Positions 45,202 to 54,370 of a stretch of 64,000 bases of DNA are shown piece by piece. A model generated the notes under the pieces. It was not told the DNA's origin, ran no database searches, and saw only the letters and a list, made by a program, of their open reading frames with translations. Each line of letters begins with the position of its first letter. The first letter of the stretch is position 1. The stretch is taken from positions 11,731 through 75,730 of the forward strand of contig QCJQ01000001.1 in the NCBI GenBank assembly GCA_003215935.1, read 5' to 3'. The position numbers were made by a program, and so were the translations under genes. Origin of the DNA: Prochlorococcus sp. AG-409-D09 (GTDB lineage: Bacteria; Cyanobacteriota; Cyanobacteriia; PCC-6307; Cyanobiaceae).

Positions 45202-45837
45202 CTATTTCCATGCTAACGATTGAGAAACAATTGGGAAATATTGACAGAATATCTTTTTGCAACCTTCGGCAATCTCCATATGTTCTTTTTGAGTACCATG
45301 GCCACTTCTTAAATTTATATAATGTATCCAAGATCTGCAGGAACCTGTCATATATATCCTTGTAGGAGTTGCTAAAGGTAGAACAAAACGGGCGCATTCT
45401 TTTGCTATTCCTTCTTTAAGCATTTCTTCATAAAGTTGTTTGCTTTGATGGAAATGCTCGCTAATTTTAACTTCAAATTTATTTTTAAGGCTTTCTGAAA
45501 TATCTGCTATTGAATTTTGTCTATTTTTATTATCTTGTCTTCTTAGTTCAGGGGTTGGTATAGTTCCTAGTTGAGAACTACTTGCATAGCGCTGAGAGAA
45601 TTCTTGAAATGTAAAAGATCTGTGACGTAAGATTTGAGCAGCAATTCCTCTATTAGTTTCAATCTGAAGTGTCATATAAGCTTGTTCAAAAACACTCCAA
45701 TGTTCATGTTTAATGCAATATTTTAATAGTTTGGAAAAATCCTCATTATCTTGATTATTTGGATTACTTACCCTTGCAATATAGGCCATGCTTTTTTCTG
45801 CATCTGGCGTGGCAGTAATAAATTCTACTAGACTCAT
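45202..45837 (-). CDS. thyX: FAD-dependent thymidylate synthase
   Basis: HWSVFE, QILRHRSFTFQEFSQRY, ECARFVLP, TQKEH. Confidence 0.98.
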   Translation of the reverse strand: MSLVEFITATPDAEKSMAYIARVSNPNNQDNEDFSKLLKYCIKHEHWSVFEQAYMTLQIETNRGIAAQILRHRSFTFQEFSQRYASSSQLGTIPTPELRRQDNKNRQNSIADISESLKNKFEVKISEHFHQSKQLYEEMLKEGIAKECARFVLPLATPTRIYMTGSCRSWIHYINLRSGHGTQKEHMEIAEGCKKIFCQYFPIVSQSLAWK

Positions 45838-45839
45838 AA

Positions 45840-46433
45840 TTAAACCTTTGCAAGGGTTACTTTTTCTGGCTGATGTTGATATTTACCTTTCCTATCGCTA
45901 TAAGTAGTTTCACAAGGATCTCCTTCGAAAAATAATAGTTGACAAATCCCTTCGTTTGCATAAATACGGCAATCTGCACCTGAACTATTACTAAATTCAA
46001 GAGTTAAGTGACCTTCCCAGCTGGCTTCTGCAGGGGTGGTGTTAACTATAATTCCAAGTCTTGCATATGTACTTTTCCCTAAACAAATAACTGTGATATT
46101 TGGGGGTACTTTCATTTTTTCTAAAGCAACTCCTAAACCATATGAGTGGGCAGGAAGTATGAAATATTCTCCATCTTTATCTTTATGTAATTCTGTTGCT
46201 TCTAAATTTGCAGGATTGAAGCTCTTGGGATTCATTACTGTTCCAGGCACATGTTTAAAAATAAGGAATTCATTTGAAGATAGCCTTAGGTCATATCCAT
46301 ATGATGAACATCCAAAACTAAGAACAGGAGATTTTTTTGAGGTTGCATCGAGATGACGAATTAATTTTTCTTCAAAGGGATTAAGCATCCCTTTGTAAGC
46401 TTGTTCTGTAATCCAGCGATCATTTTTTAGCAT
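45840..46433 (-). CDS. dcd: dCTP deaminase
   Basis: SFGCSSYGYDLRL, GKSTYARLG, WEGHLTLE, YANEGICQ, KYQHQ. Confidence 0.97.
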   Translation of the reverse strand: MLKNDRWITEQAYKGMLNPFEEKLIRHLDATSKKSPVLSFGCSSYGYDLRLSSNEFLIFKHVPGTVMNPKSFNPANLEATELHKDKDGEYFILPAHSYGLGVALEKMKVPPNITVICLGKSTYARLGIIVNTTPAEASWEGHLTLEFSNSSGADCRIYANEGICQLLFFEGDPCETTYSDRKGKYQHQPEKVTLAKV

Positions 46434-46434
46434 T

Positions 46435-47028
46435 TTACGAGCAGCGTAATTCAGTGACTTGGTCAGCTATGGACATTATTTGAGAAGGAATAGAAGGTCC
46501 TGTCAAGATGATATCCATAGATGAATTGCGATTGTTGAGGGTTGAAATAACATCTTCTTCATTAATAAAACCCATTGATATAGCTAGCCCTATTTCATCA
46601 AGAACCAGCCGATCTACTAAACCTTTACAAAGCTTTGATTTGCAATAATTCCAAACCTCATTTATTACTTTTTTTTCTTCTTTTCTTTGCTCATTATCTA
46701 TTAGATTATTTTCTTTTGTAATACATGAATTTAAAGAAGGTCGAACCCATTCAAGACGACCACAAAGATTAACAGCATTGCTCGCTCCTTGATTTACTCC
46801 ACCTTTTAGAAATTGAGCAATTAAAACTTTGCTGCCTAATCCCGCAGATCTTAGTGCTTCACTCAGTACTACTGAGAAACTTCCTCTATAAGAGGCTGTA
46901 TGGATGTGCAGTTGACCTTGAGGTAATACTAATCTCAGTGAAGTTGGGTTGGGCAGAGGTCTTACTTGAGACGACTTTTGCCCTTGTTGGTATTCCTCAG
47001 AAGTATTAGAAGTAAAGCTTGTAGTCAT
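46435..47028 (-). CDS. CobO/BtuR-like (cob(I)alamin adenosyltransferase fold) protein with degenerate P-loop
   Basis: AQFLKGG, LVLDEI, IILTG, ADQVTELR retained; HTASYRGS replaces TGNGKGKT. Confidence 0.82.
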   Translation of the reverse strand: MTTSFTSNTSEEYQQGQKSSQVRPLPNPTSLRLVLPQGQLHIHTASYRGSFSVVLSEALRSAGLGSKVLIAQFLKGGVNQGASNAVNLCGRLEWVRPSLNSCITKENNLIDNEQRKEEKKVINEVWNYCKSKLCKGLVDRLVLDEIGLAISMGFINEEDVISTLNNRNSSMDIILTGPSIPSQIMSIADQVTELRCS

Positions 47029-47053
47029 TTTTGTTCCCCCTTACCCCACGTTA

Positions 47054-47111
47054 CTCGTAAATATAGAGTTCTGCCGTATCTCTACAATATCTTTGACACT
47101 ATCTATAGTGT
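47054..47111. promoter_or_regulatory. NrdR boxes upstream of the CobO-like-dcd-thyX operon
   Basis: Near-palindrome ACACTATCTATAGTGT (47096-47111) fits acaCwAtATaTwGtgt; weaker copy CTCGTAAATATAGAGT (47054-47069) is 42 bp away. Confidence 0.72.
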
Positions 47112-47412
47112 TTGATTTTTTTTTTAAAATCCATTAGGGAATTTTTGATTAAAAGACTTCTCAGACACAACTTTTGTGTAGTTGAAATCGTATAAAAGAA
47201 ACTTTTTTAGAGTTATGTGGGGATACTTTTCAAGAGTATATTTTTGGGAAGCGCTATGGGCTTTTAGCAAATGTCAATTGGATTGATCATATTTCCTGAG
47301 GATGTGAATTAGATAGCAATCAATTTAAGAATATCTTACTTTTGAATTAGATGGGTTGATTGGTGAATTGTCTTTTTCAAAAGACCCTGTTCGGCCAGTT
47401 CCCTGCAAAAAA

Positions 47413-47454
47413 GTCATTATGGCTACATATCTTTTTAACTTGAGTATTTACTCT
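47413..47454 (+). promoter_or_regulatory. NtcA-activated promoter of ntcA (autoregulation)
   Basis: GTC-ATTATGGC-TAC (47413-47426), 22 nt, then TACTCT (47449-47454): GTA-N8-TAC-N22-TAN3T geometry with one mismatch. Confidence 0.72.
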
Positions 47455-47474
47455 TTTATGAAAGAAGTTCAACT

Positions 47475-48209
47475 ATGGTCACCTCAGAACGTGGCTTTAC
47501 TCGCTACAACAATCTAAATAGTGGCCAAATGAGTCCAAATGTAATTACTAAGCAATCTAGTGATCAAAAAACACTTTTGGATGTCATTCGAGGTTTGGAA
47601 GGATCTTCGACTGAAATCGTAGATAGATCTAAAACAATTTTTTTCCCTGGAGATCCTGCTGAAAAGGTTTATCTCATAAGAAGAGGTGCTGTTCGTTTAT
47701 CAAGAGTTTATGAATCTGGAGAGGAAATAACAGTTGCTTTATTAAGAGAAAATAGTCTATTTGGAGTGTTGTCTCTTTTGACAGGTCACCGCTCAGATCG
47801 TTTTTATCATGCTGTTGCTTTTACTAGAGTGGAAATGTTAACTGCTCCAGCTACTTCTGTAAGGAATGCAATAGAACAAGAAACTACAGTTGGATTGCTA
47901 TTGTTGCAGGGTTTGTCTAGTCGTATTTTGCAAACGGAAACAATGATTGAGACATTAACTCATAGAGATATGTCCTCAAGATTGGTCAGCTTTCTTTTGG
48001 TTCTTTGTAGGGATTTTGGAGTACCAGGTGAGCAAGGAATCACTATAGATTTACGGCTTTCTCATCAATCTATTGCAGAAGCTATTGGATCCACAAGAGT
48101 TACAATTACTCGGCTCTTAGGAGATTTACGTAATTCTGGATTATTGGCTATAGATAGAAAAAAAATAACTGTTTTTGACCCTATAGCCCTTGCGAAACGT
48201 TTTAACTAG
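47475..48209 (+). CDS. ntcA: Global nitrogen regulator NtcA
   Basis: [48 protein letters not shown]. Confidence 0.99.
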   Translation: MVTSERGFTRYNNLNSGQMSPNVITKQSSDQKTLLDVIRGLEGSSTEIVDRSKTIFFPGDPAEKVYLIRRGAVRLSRVYESGEEITVALLRENSLFGVLSLLTGHRSDRFYHAVAFTRVEMLTAPATSVRNAIEQETTVGLLLLQGLSSRILQTETMIETLTHRDMSSRLVSFLLVLCRDFGVPGEQGITIDLRLSHQSIAEAIGSTRVTITRLLGDLRNSGLLAIDRKKITVFDPIALAKRFN

Positions 48210-48269
48210 AACTTTTATTACTGCAGGCTATTAAAGTTATTGTTTATATATCTAGTCTGATTTTTAACT

Positions 48270-49229
48270 GTGACAGGTTGGCTTCTAATTATCACGTTGC
48301 TAGTTCTAGGAGGCATCCTTTCTACTCTTGGTGATCGTCTAGGATCGAGGATAGGAAAGGCTCGGTTAAGTATATTTAAATTAAGACCTAGGCGAACAGC
48401 TGTTTTAATAACTGTTTTAACAGGAAGCCTTATAAGTGCTTTCTCTTTGGGCTTTATGTTGCTTGTAGATAAGGATTTACGAGTTGGGTTGTTTCAGATT
48501 AAAAAACTTAGGGCTAAAGAAAAGCTTCTCGAAATGAGAGTCAAACAAAGAGAAAATCAATTAAAGACATTTGAACAAAATGTAATTGCATTAAGAAGTG
48601 GAAATATGGTTCTTTCAAAAAATCAAATTTTAGCGACATCAATTTTCAAAAGTGATAATAAGAGTTCTCATAAAGAAAAAGTAGATAAATTGGTTCAGAG
48701 AGCAAATTTGGAGGCATTTAGAAGGGTTTTGCCAGGAGAGAAAGTTAATAGAAGAGTACTATTTATTCTAAAAGAAGATATTTCTAAGTTGGAACAAAGT
48801 ATTAATAAAGGTGGTTCTTGGGTTGTAAATATTCGTTCTTTAGGAAATGTGTTATTAGGTGAACAGAGAGTTCTGGCTTTTCTTGAAATAGGTCCCAATA
48901 AATTAATTACTAAGCAAGATGATATTTTAGCAAGAGCAGCTCTTAATTATAATGATTTAAATATAGATTCTTTGAATAGAATTATTCAATTGTTACTAGC
49001 ATCGACAAAAAAAGAAGTAAAGAGAAGGGGGTCATTAAGTAATAAATTCTATGGAAAGATGAGTCCTCAAATAAGGTTTAATTTTAAATCACTGCAGAAA
49101 TTAAAGAAGGAATTCTTATCTAATTCGAACTTATCAATTTATTTAGAAACTGTAGCAATTAGGAATAGTCAAACTTCTGAACCAATTGAAGTTTTGGTTA
49201 AACTAAATAGAGAATACAAAGTAAACTAG
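48270..49229 (+). CDS. DUF3084-like membrane-anchored coiled-coil protein
   Basis: GGILSTLGDRLGSRIGKARLSIFKLRPRRTAVLITVLTG N-terminus. Confidence 0.82.
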   Translation: MTGWLLIITLLVLGGILSTLGDRLGSRIGKARLSIFKLRPRRTAVLITVLTGSLISAFSLGFMLLVDKDLRVGLFQIKKLRAKEKLLEMRVKQRENQLKTFEQNVIALRSGNMVLSKNQILATSIFKSDNKSSHKEKVDKLVQRANLEAFRRVLPGEKVNRRVLFILKEDISKLEQSINKGGSWVVNIRSLGNVLLGEQRVLAFLEIGPNKLITKQDDILARAALNYNDLNIDSLNRIIQLLLASTKKEVKRRGSLSNKFYGKMSPQIRFNFKSLQKLKKEFLSNSNLSIYLETVAIRNSQTSEPIEVLVKLNREYKVN

Positions 49230-49237
49230 ATTTATTT

Positions 49238-49681
49238 ATGGCTATCTATATTGCTATTGACCCTGGTAAAGATAAATGTGGAGTATTGCTTGCAGACGAA
49301 ACAAATTATTGTGTTTTAAAGGGTTATGTTGTCAGTAAGTATTCAGTTTTAGATTTAATTTATGAATGGAATAAGAGTTATAAAGTGGATTTGATTTTGT
49401 TAGGTAATGGAACTTATAGTAGTTACTGGTTAGATAAGCTTAAAATTAGTGAATTGCCCTCAATAAAATTAATTGATGAATATAGAACTACTCTACGTGC
49501 AAGGGAAAGATATTGGCAGCTATGGCCTCCCAATTGTTTTTTAAGATGGATACCTAAAGGATTAATTCTTCCTTCAGAAAATTTGGATGCAGTGGCTGCT
49601 CTGATAATGATGGAAGATTATTTAAATAAGAAATTGTCTTGGCAAAAAAAAGATAGCTTTAAAACTTTGCCCGAATTGTAA
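49238..49681 (+). CDS. YqgF/RuvX-like RNase H-fold protein
   Basis: IAIDPGKDKCG, LLGNGT, IDEYRTT, LDAVAA. Confidence 0.82.
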   Translation: MAIYIAIDPGKDKCGVLLADETNYCVLKGYVVSKYSVLDLIYEWNKSYKVDLILLGNGTYSSYWLDKLKISELPSIKLIDEYRTTLRARERYWQLWPPNCFLRWIPKGLILPSENLDAVAALIMMEDYLNKKLSWQKKDSFKTLPEL

Positions 49682-49916
49682 AAGTGTAATCTCCACCTGT
49701 CTCAAGATTGTAATCGGTTCTAACAAGAAACCTTTCTAAAGCATCTTTAATTAGGGCTCTTCCAAGAGGAGGCTCCACTATTAATTCTCCTTGTCCAAAT
49801 GCCCAAATAAATTTCCATTGAAAGTCTCCTGCTGTAATTTTTCCTTCCATGCATTGAGTAGAAAAACATTGATGCTCAACTATTACATGCGCTGTTGTAA
49901 TTGGCCCTTTATTCAT
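49659..49916 (-). CDS. Conserved cyanobacterial protein (DUF3146-like)
   Basis: TTAHV, AGDFQWKFIW, VEPPLGRALIKDALERFL, LETGGDY.FTIRAKF. Confidence 0.8.
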   Translation of the reverse strand: MNKGPITTAHVIVEHQCFSTQCMEGKITAGDFQWKFIWAFGQGELIVEPPLGRALIKDALERFLVRTDYNLETGGDYTFTIRAKF

Positions 49917-49932
49917 TATGATTCGAATTCCC

Positions 49933-50544
49933 TTAAATCTCTCTTGGTTGGTATGAATTGATTTGGTTAATAGTTTTATCTAATCCACATTCATCAATTA
50001 AATTTAATCCTTCAATCACTTCATTAATTACTTCATTAATGATTAAAGATTCTTTTGATGTGAATTGACCTAAAACATGAGATACAGTTTTAGCTTTTCT
50101 TTCTTCACTTGAGTCAGCTGGGGCTCCAATGCCAATTCTCAATCGCGAGAAGTCTTTTGTGCCAAGATGTTGAATTGTACTTTTTAAGCCATTGTGTCCT
50201 CCAGCGCCACCTCCTTTTCTCAGTCTTAGTTTGCCTAGAGGTAAATCCATATCATCTACTAGAACTAATAATTGATTTGTTTTTAGTCCAAACCAATCCA
50301 ATGTAGCTTTTATAGAACGACCACTTTCATTCATGAATGTTGTCGGGAGTAAAAGTCGTTTAATTACATCCCCACAACGAATTTCAGCTATTTCTCCCCA
50401 AACTTTTTTGCTTTGTTTAAAAGTAACTGATTCTTTAATTGCTAAATTTCTTAAAATTGAAAATCCTATATTATGTCTTGTCTGTTGGTATTTTTTACCA
50501 GGATTACCTAATCCAACTAATAAATTTATTTTTTGAGATGTCAT
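49933..50544 (-). CDS. pth: Peptidyl-tRNA hydrolase
   Basis: VGLGNPG..Y..TRHNIGF, TFMNESG, GGHNGLKS, RLRIGIG. Confidence 0.98.
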   Translation of the reverse strand: MTSQKINLLVGLGNPGKKYQQTRHNIGFSILRNLAIKESVTFKQSKKVWGEIAEIRCGDVIKRLLLPTTFMNESGRSIKATLDWFGLKTNQLLVLVDDMDLPLGKLRLRKGGGAGGHNGLKSTIQHLGTKDFSRLRIGIGAPADSSEERKAKTVSHVLGQFTSKESLIINEVINEVIEGLNLIDECGLDKTINQINSYQPREI

Positions 50545-50579
50545 TCTAATTTAAGTATTAGAAGAATTTTTTCATGTCA

Positions 50580-50825
50580 TTAAAGCTTGGTTTCGTCTGA
50601 ATTTGATTCATGAGTCTTTTCGACACTAGAGTTTTCTTCAATTGAATCTTCTTCATTCATAGCTTTTTGAATCTCACGTTCAAATTCAGTAGACGCAGAT
50701 TGTAGGCCTTTAAGTGTTTTGCCTAAGGTTCGCCCAAGTTCAGGAAGCCGTTTCGGTCCAAATATAACCAAAGCTAAACCTGCTATTACAGCTACCTCAG
50801 GCAAGCCAATGCCAAAGATATTCAT
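50580..50825 (-). CDS. tatA: Twin-arginine translocase TatA/E
   Basis: GIGLPE...IFGPKRLPELGRTLGK. Confidence 0.96.
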   Translation of the reverse strand: MNIFGIGLPEVAVIAGLALVIFGPKRLPELGRTLGKTLKGLQSASTEFEREIQKAMNEEDSIEENSSVEKTHESNSDETKL

Positions 50826-50858
50826 GAGCGAACCTCAGCAATTATTTTTGTATTTGTT

Positions 50859-51062
50859 TTAGCTAACTCCGTTCCAGTCAACTGAGAAGCCTTGTAGAAG
50901 GAGTGACTGGTTGTAAATTTGAAGCATGATTACAAGAAATACAAGAAGAAGTACTCCAATAAAAGCCATTACTGGTACTGCTCCCCAGCCAGGCACTACT
51001 TTGCCTTGACCAGAGTTGCCAATGGATTTAAGTAGACTGCCAAGAGCGGTTTTTTGTCCCAT
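50859..51062 (-). CDS. psbH: Photosystem II PsbH
   Basis: [26 protein letters not shown]. Confidence 0.97.
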   Translation of the reverse strand: MGQKTALGSLLKSIGNSGQGKVVPGWGAVPVMAFIGVLLLVFLVIMLQIYNQSLLLQGFSVDWNGVS

Positions 51063-51149
51063 GTTGATACTCAGGTCTCATTAATGTTTTGAGTCCCGAT
51101 ATTGTATGAGACCTTCCCCAAAAACAAGGCAGCACTGTTGAAACTTGTG

Positions 51150-51311
51150 ATGGAAAATTTTGTTTCTACTAATGTTTCTTGGCTAAAAGGATAAGTTTAT
51201 CTTATGCTTTAAGTGCTTTAAAATTTTGAAAAAGAATTTTTATTTTAGTCAGATCCTATTGATAGCAGATTGTTTGGGTTGCTCGGAATGTTTTATGGCT
51301 TCAATTTATAG
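51150..51311 (+). pseudogene. psbN: Probable decayed psbN (end approximate)
   Basis: Expected position divergent from psbH has ATG GAA but stops after 14 codons (MENFVSTNVSWLKG*, 51150-51194); no intact PsbN ORF found before psbI. Confidence 0.4.
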
Positions 51312-51432
51312 ATGGTGAACTATGAAGTATTTCAATTCGTCTTATCCCAAATTCTGTAACACCTTTTTTACTCTTATTGGAGTTCTCTGCTTCATAGGAT
51401 AGGTTTAATTTCCCTAGAAGTGGTCAGAATCC

Positions 51433-51561
51433 ATGCTCGCCCTCAAGATTTCCGTATACACGGTCGTCTTCTTTTTTGTCGGAATCTTTTTATTTGGCTT
51501 CTTGGCTAGTGACCCAACTCGAACACCAAATAGGAAGGATTTAGAAAGCCCACAAGACTGA
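51433..51561 (+). CDS. psbI: Photosystem II PsbI
   Basis: Manual translation [42 protein letters not shown]; below the ORF-track size cut-off. Confidence 0.97.
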   Translation: MLALKISVYTVVFFFVGIFLFGFLASDPTRTPNRKDLESPQD

Positions 51562-51667
51562 TTAACATCAAGCTTGATTCAGCCTTGCTAGACACGACAA
51601 AGACTGGACTTGAATAGTCCTATCTTATCTATTGTCGTGTAATCATTTATAACGTCGCAATCAGGTT

Positions 51668-53731
51668 TTGGCGACGAAATTTTCAATTACCTTTTGTTTA
51701 GGGTTAATTCCTATTGGTTTCTTCTCCCTTATGCCTTTATCGGCAAAGGGGGAGAATGCTTTTAATGCTTCCCCTAAAAAGGAAGTATTTTCGTATGATT
51801 TGCAAGAGTATTTTATTACTTCTTCTAAGTTCTCAACCATTGAGGATGATAATTTAGATAGTAAAGATGAATTGTCTAATGAAAAATTAAATCAACAAAT
51901 AGAATCATTAAGGATTATTGCTGATAGACAATATGATCTAAACCAAAATATTTTTATTGCTGAAGGAAATGTTAGTGCTTACTTAAATGGTGGAGTATTA
52001 ATGGCAGATAGGTTGGAATTTAATAAAATTAATAATACAGTTGAAGCTAAAGGAGAAATTAGATTTAAAAGAGGTTATCAATACTTGAGAGCGAATTCAT
52101 TATTTTATAATTTAAATGAACAGAAAGGTTTTATTTCAGATGTTTATGGAATCTTAGATATTGAATATTTATCTCAGGATTTAAAAGTACTTAACAAAAA
52201 TAGGCAATCTCTAAAATCGAAGGGATCAAGACAAGAAGGGGATATTAAAGATCTAGAGTTGCAAGATGGCTATTATTTTAAAATAGGAAATATTCCTTCT
52301 AAAGTTAATCAAATCACTAAAGTTAATCGGCTTACTGGTTCTATAAGTAGATGGAGAATAGAAGCCCCATTGATCGAAATTTCTTCAAGGGGATGGACTG
52401 CTAAAAAAATGAAATTTACTAATGACCCTTTTAGTCCTTCTCAAACTAGGATCGAAGCCGAAAATGTTATAGCTAAAGAAGATTTAGTTGATGGTTCTAC
52501 AACGATTACAGCTGAAAAGAGTGTCTTAAGTTTGTCAGATTCTGTTAAGGTTCCCGGAGGAAAAAGATTTGGCTCTAAAAAGAAAAAATCTTTATGGAAA
52601 TATGAAATTGATTCAAAAGATAGAGATGGTTTATTTGTATCTCGAATTTTAGATCCTATATATCAGGACTCGAAGTATAAGTTCTCAATTCAACCTCAGT
52701 TTTTGATTCAAAGGTCTATTTTAGGTGAAAATAATAGTTATAAAGATAGCAAAGCATCTGTTATTAGTGATTCTATTAAGCATCCAAACTCTATGACAGA
52801 CTTGTTTGGCTCGTTAATTGATTTTGAGGCTAATTATGATAACTGGGAGATAGATTTTCTTGCAGATATAAGTACTTTTAATTATGAAAGGATATTGGAT
52901 GGGACTAGATTTAGAGGTGATGTAATACGATCAGTCGACTTCCCAGTATTAGGGGAATCAAAACTTGATTTTTTCCATGCTTACAGGAGTAAAGCTTGGA
53001 ATGGTTCTCTAGGACAAACGAATATATATTCTGCTTCTGGAGTCTTTTTAATTAAAGAAGGATCATCTCAATATTCAAATTTATCAGATAACTACAAGCT
53101 TGCTTTTGGACTGGCAAATTATCAAGCAGAAGCATTTTCAGAGAAGAAATTACTTATGAATTGGAGAACAAGTGCCTATACAGAATTTACTAGAAAGTAT
53201 CATTTATGGAGAGGTGAAAATGTAAGATTAGATGATAATCATGCTTATAGATATTCCCCTGTTCCAATTTACCCAGAAGTGAACTTTAATACAAAGTTAA
53301 TAACATCTCACTTTATTTATGAAGAAGGTTCTTATCAGTCAGTCTTTGGACTCAGTCTTGGCCCTGAAATAATATATGGAAGACTTGAAAGACCATTTTT
53401 TGATTATACGAAGATTACGATAATGCCAGGTTTTAAGCTTAAATCTGGTGATAGTCCATACAGATTCGATAGAGCTGTAGATCTTAAAAATTTAGAGATT
53501 GAATTAACCCAGCAAATTTATGGACCTTTACTGTTAAAGGGTGGATTTAGTTTGAATATAGATTCAAAATCAGATAATTATGGAAATTTTTCTGATCAAA
53601 AATATTCATTGCTTTATCAAAAAAGGTCTTATGATTTTGAGATTTTTTATAGCCCATATCAAGAGTCTGGAGGATTTATATTTAGAATGAATGGATTTAA
53701 TTTTAATGGAACTGGAAGTTCTTCTTTTTAG
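51668..53731 (+). CDS. LptD/OstA-like outer-membrane protein (DUF3769-like)
   Basis: Signal peptide, IIADRQ..FIAEGNV..ADRLEF OstA-like strands, FTNDPFSP, beta-rich C-terminus ending GF.F.GTG...F. Confidence 0.75.
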   Translation: MATKFSITFCLGLIPIGFFSLMPLSAKGENAFNASPKKEVFSYDLQEYFITSSKFSTIEDDNLDSKDELSNEKLNQQIESLRIIADRQYDLNQNIFIAEGNVSAYLNGGVLMADRLEFNKINNTVEAKGEIRFKRGYQYLRANSLFYNLNEQKGFISDVYGILDIEYLSQDLKVLNKNRQSLKSKGSRQEGDIKDLELQDGYYFKIGNIPSKVNQITKVNRLTGSISRWRIEAPLIEISSRGWTAKKMKFTNDPFSPSQTRIEAENVIAKEDLVDGSTTITAEKSVLSLSDSVKVPGGKRFGSKKKKSLWKYEIDSKDRDGLFVSRILDPIYQDSKYKFSIQPQFLIQRSILGENNSYKDSKASVISDSIKHPNSMTDLFGSLIDFEANYDNWEIDFLADISTFNYERILDGTRFRGDVIRSVDFPVLGESKLDFFHAYRSKAWNGSLGQTNIYSASGVFLIKEGSSQYSNLSDNYKLAFGLANYQAEAFSEKKLLMNWRTSAYTEFTRKYHLWRGENVRLDDNHAYRYSPVPIYPEVNFNTKLITSHFIYEEGSYQSVFGLSLGPEIIYGRLERPFFDYTKITIMPGFKLKSGDSPYRFDRAVDLKNLEIELTQQIYGPLLLKGGFSLNIDSKSDNYGNFSDQKYSLLYQKRSYDFEIFYSPYQESGGFIFRMNGFNFNGTGSSSF

Positions 53732-53758
53732 ATGATAGTTTTTGAGTATATAATTAAA

Positions 53759-54370
53759 CTATTTAAAATTTTTTATGTAAGGTAATTTATACATAACTTC
53801 TGTTAATTTTTTTTCTTGTGCAATTAGTTGAGAGGTTGCATCCCATTTGCCTGATAAAAGCATTTCTAAAGGACCTTTTTCTATAGATATCGACCAAGAT
53901 TCTTTGGGGCTTTGAATGGTTTTTTGTTGAAGATCTAATATCCAGTTCATTTTGTTATTACTTTCTACACTTGCTTGAATTGTCTTAATTTTACTTGAAG
54001 GTGCAATAGCGCAGGGGATTCCTAATGCTAGACAGTTGCCATAAAATATTTCTGCAAAACTTTGTCCAATAATCCCTCTAATGCCCCATCTCATAAGTGC
54101 TTGAGGAGCATGCTCCCGACTGGATCCACAGCCAAAATTATCATTAACAATTAATATTGATGCACCTTGGTTATGGTTTTTGTCAAAAGGATGATTACCA
54201 GTTAATTCAATTCTGTCATCAGCAAAAACTTGTTCTCCAAGCGAATTAAAATTTACACACTTAAGAAATCGAGCAGGGATGATCCTGTCAGTATCTATAT
54301 CATCCCCTTTAAGGACAATACATTTACCTGTGACTTTGGAAATTTTTCCATTCGGGAAGTTTGTTTTCAT
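53759..54370 (-). CDS. leuD: 3-isopropylmalate dehydratase small subunit
   Basis: [34 protein letters not shown]. Confidence 0.98.
   Translation of the reverse strand: MKTNFPNGKISKVTGKCIVLKGDDIDTDRIIPARFLKCVNFNSLGEQVFADDRIELTGNHPFDKNHNQGASILIVNDNFGCGSSREHAPQALMRWGIRGIIGQSFAEIFYGNCLALGIPCAIAPSSKIKTIQASVESNNKMNWILDLQQKTIQSPKESWSISIEKGPLEMLLSGKWDATSQLIAQEKKLTEVMYKLPYIKNFK

Noticed and set aside
47112..47410. Possible rph remnant between the CobO-like gene and ntcA
   Set aside because: No RNase PH-like translation recognised; the idea rests only on recalled synteny
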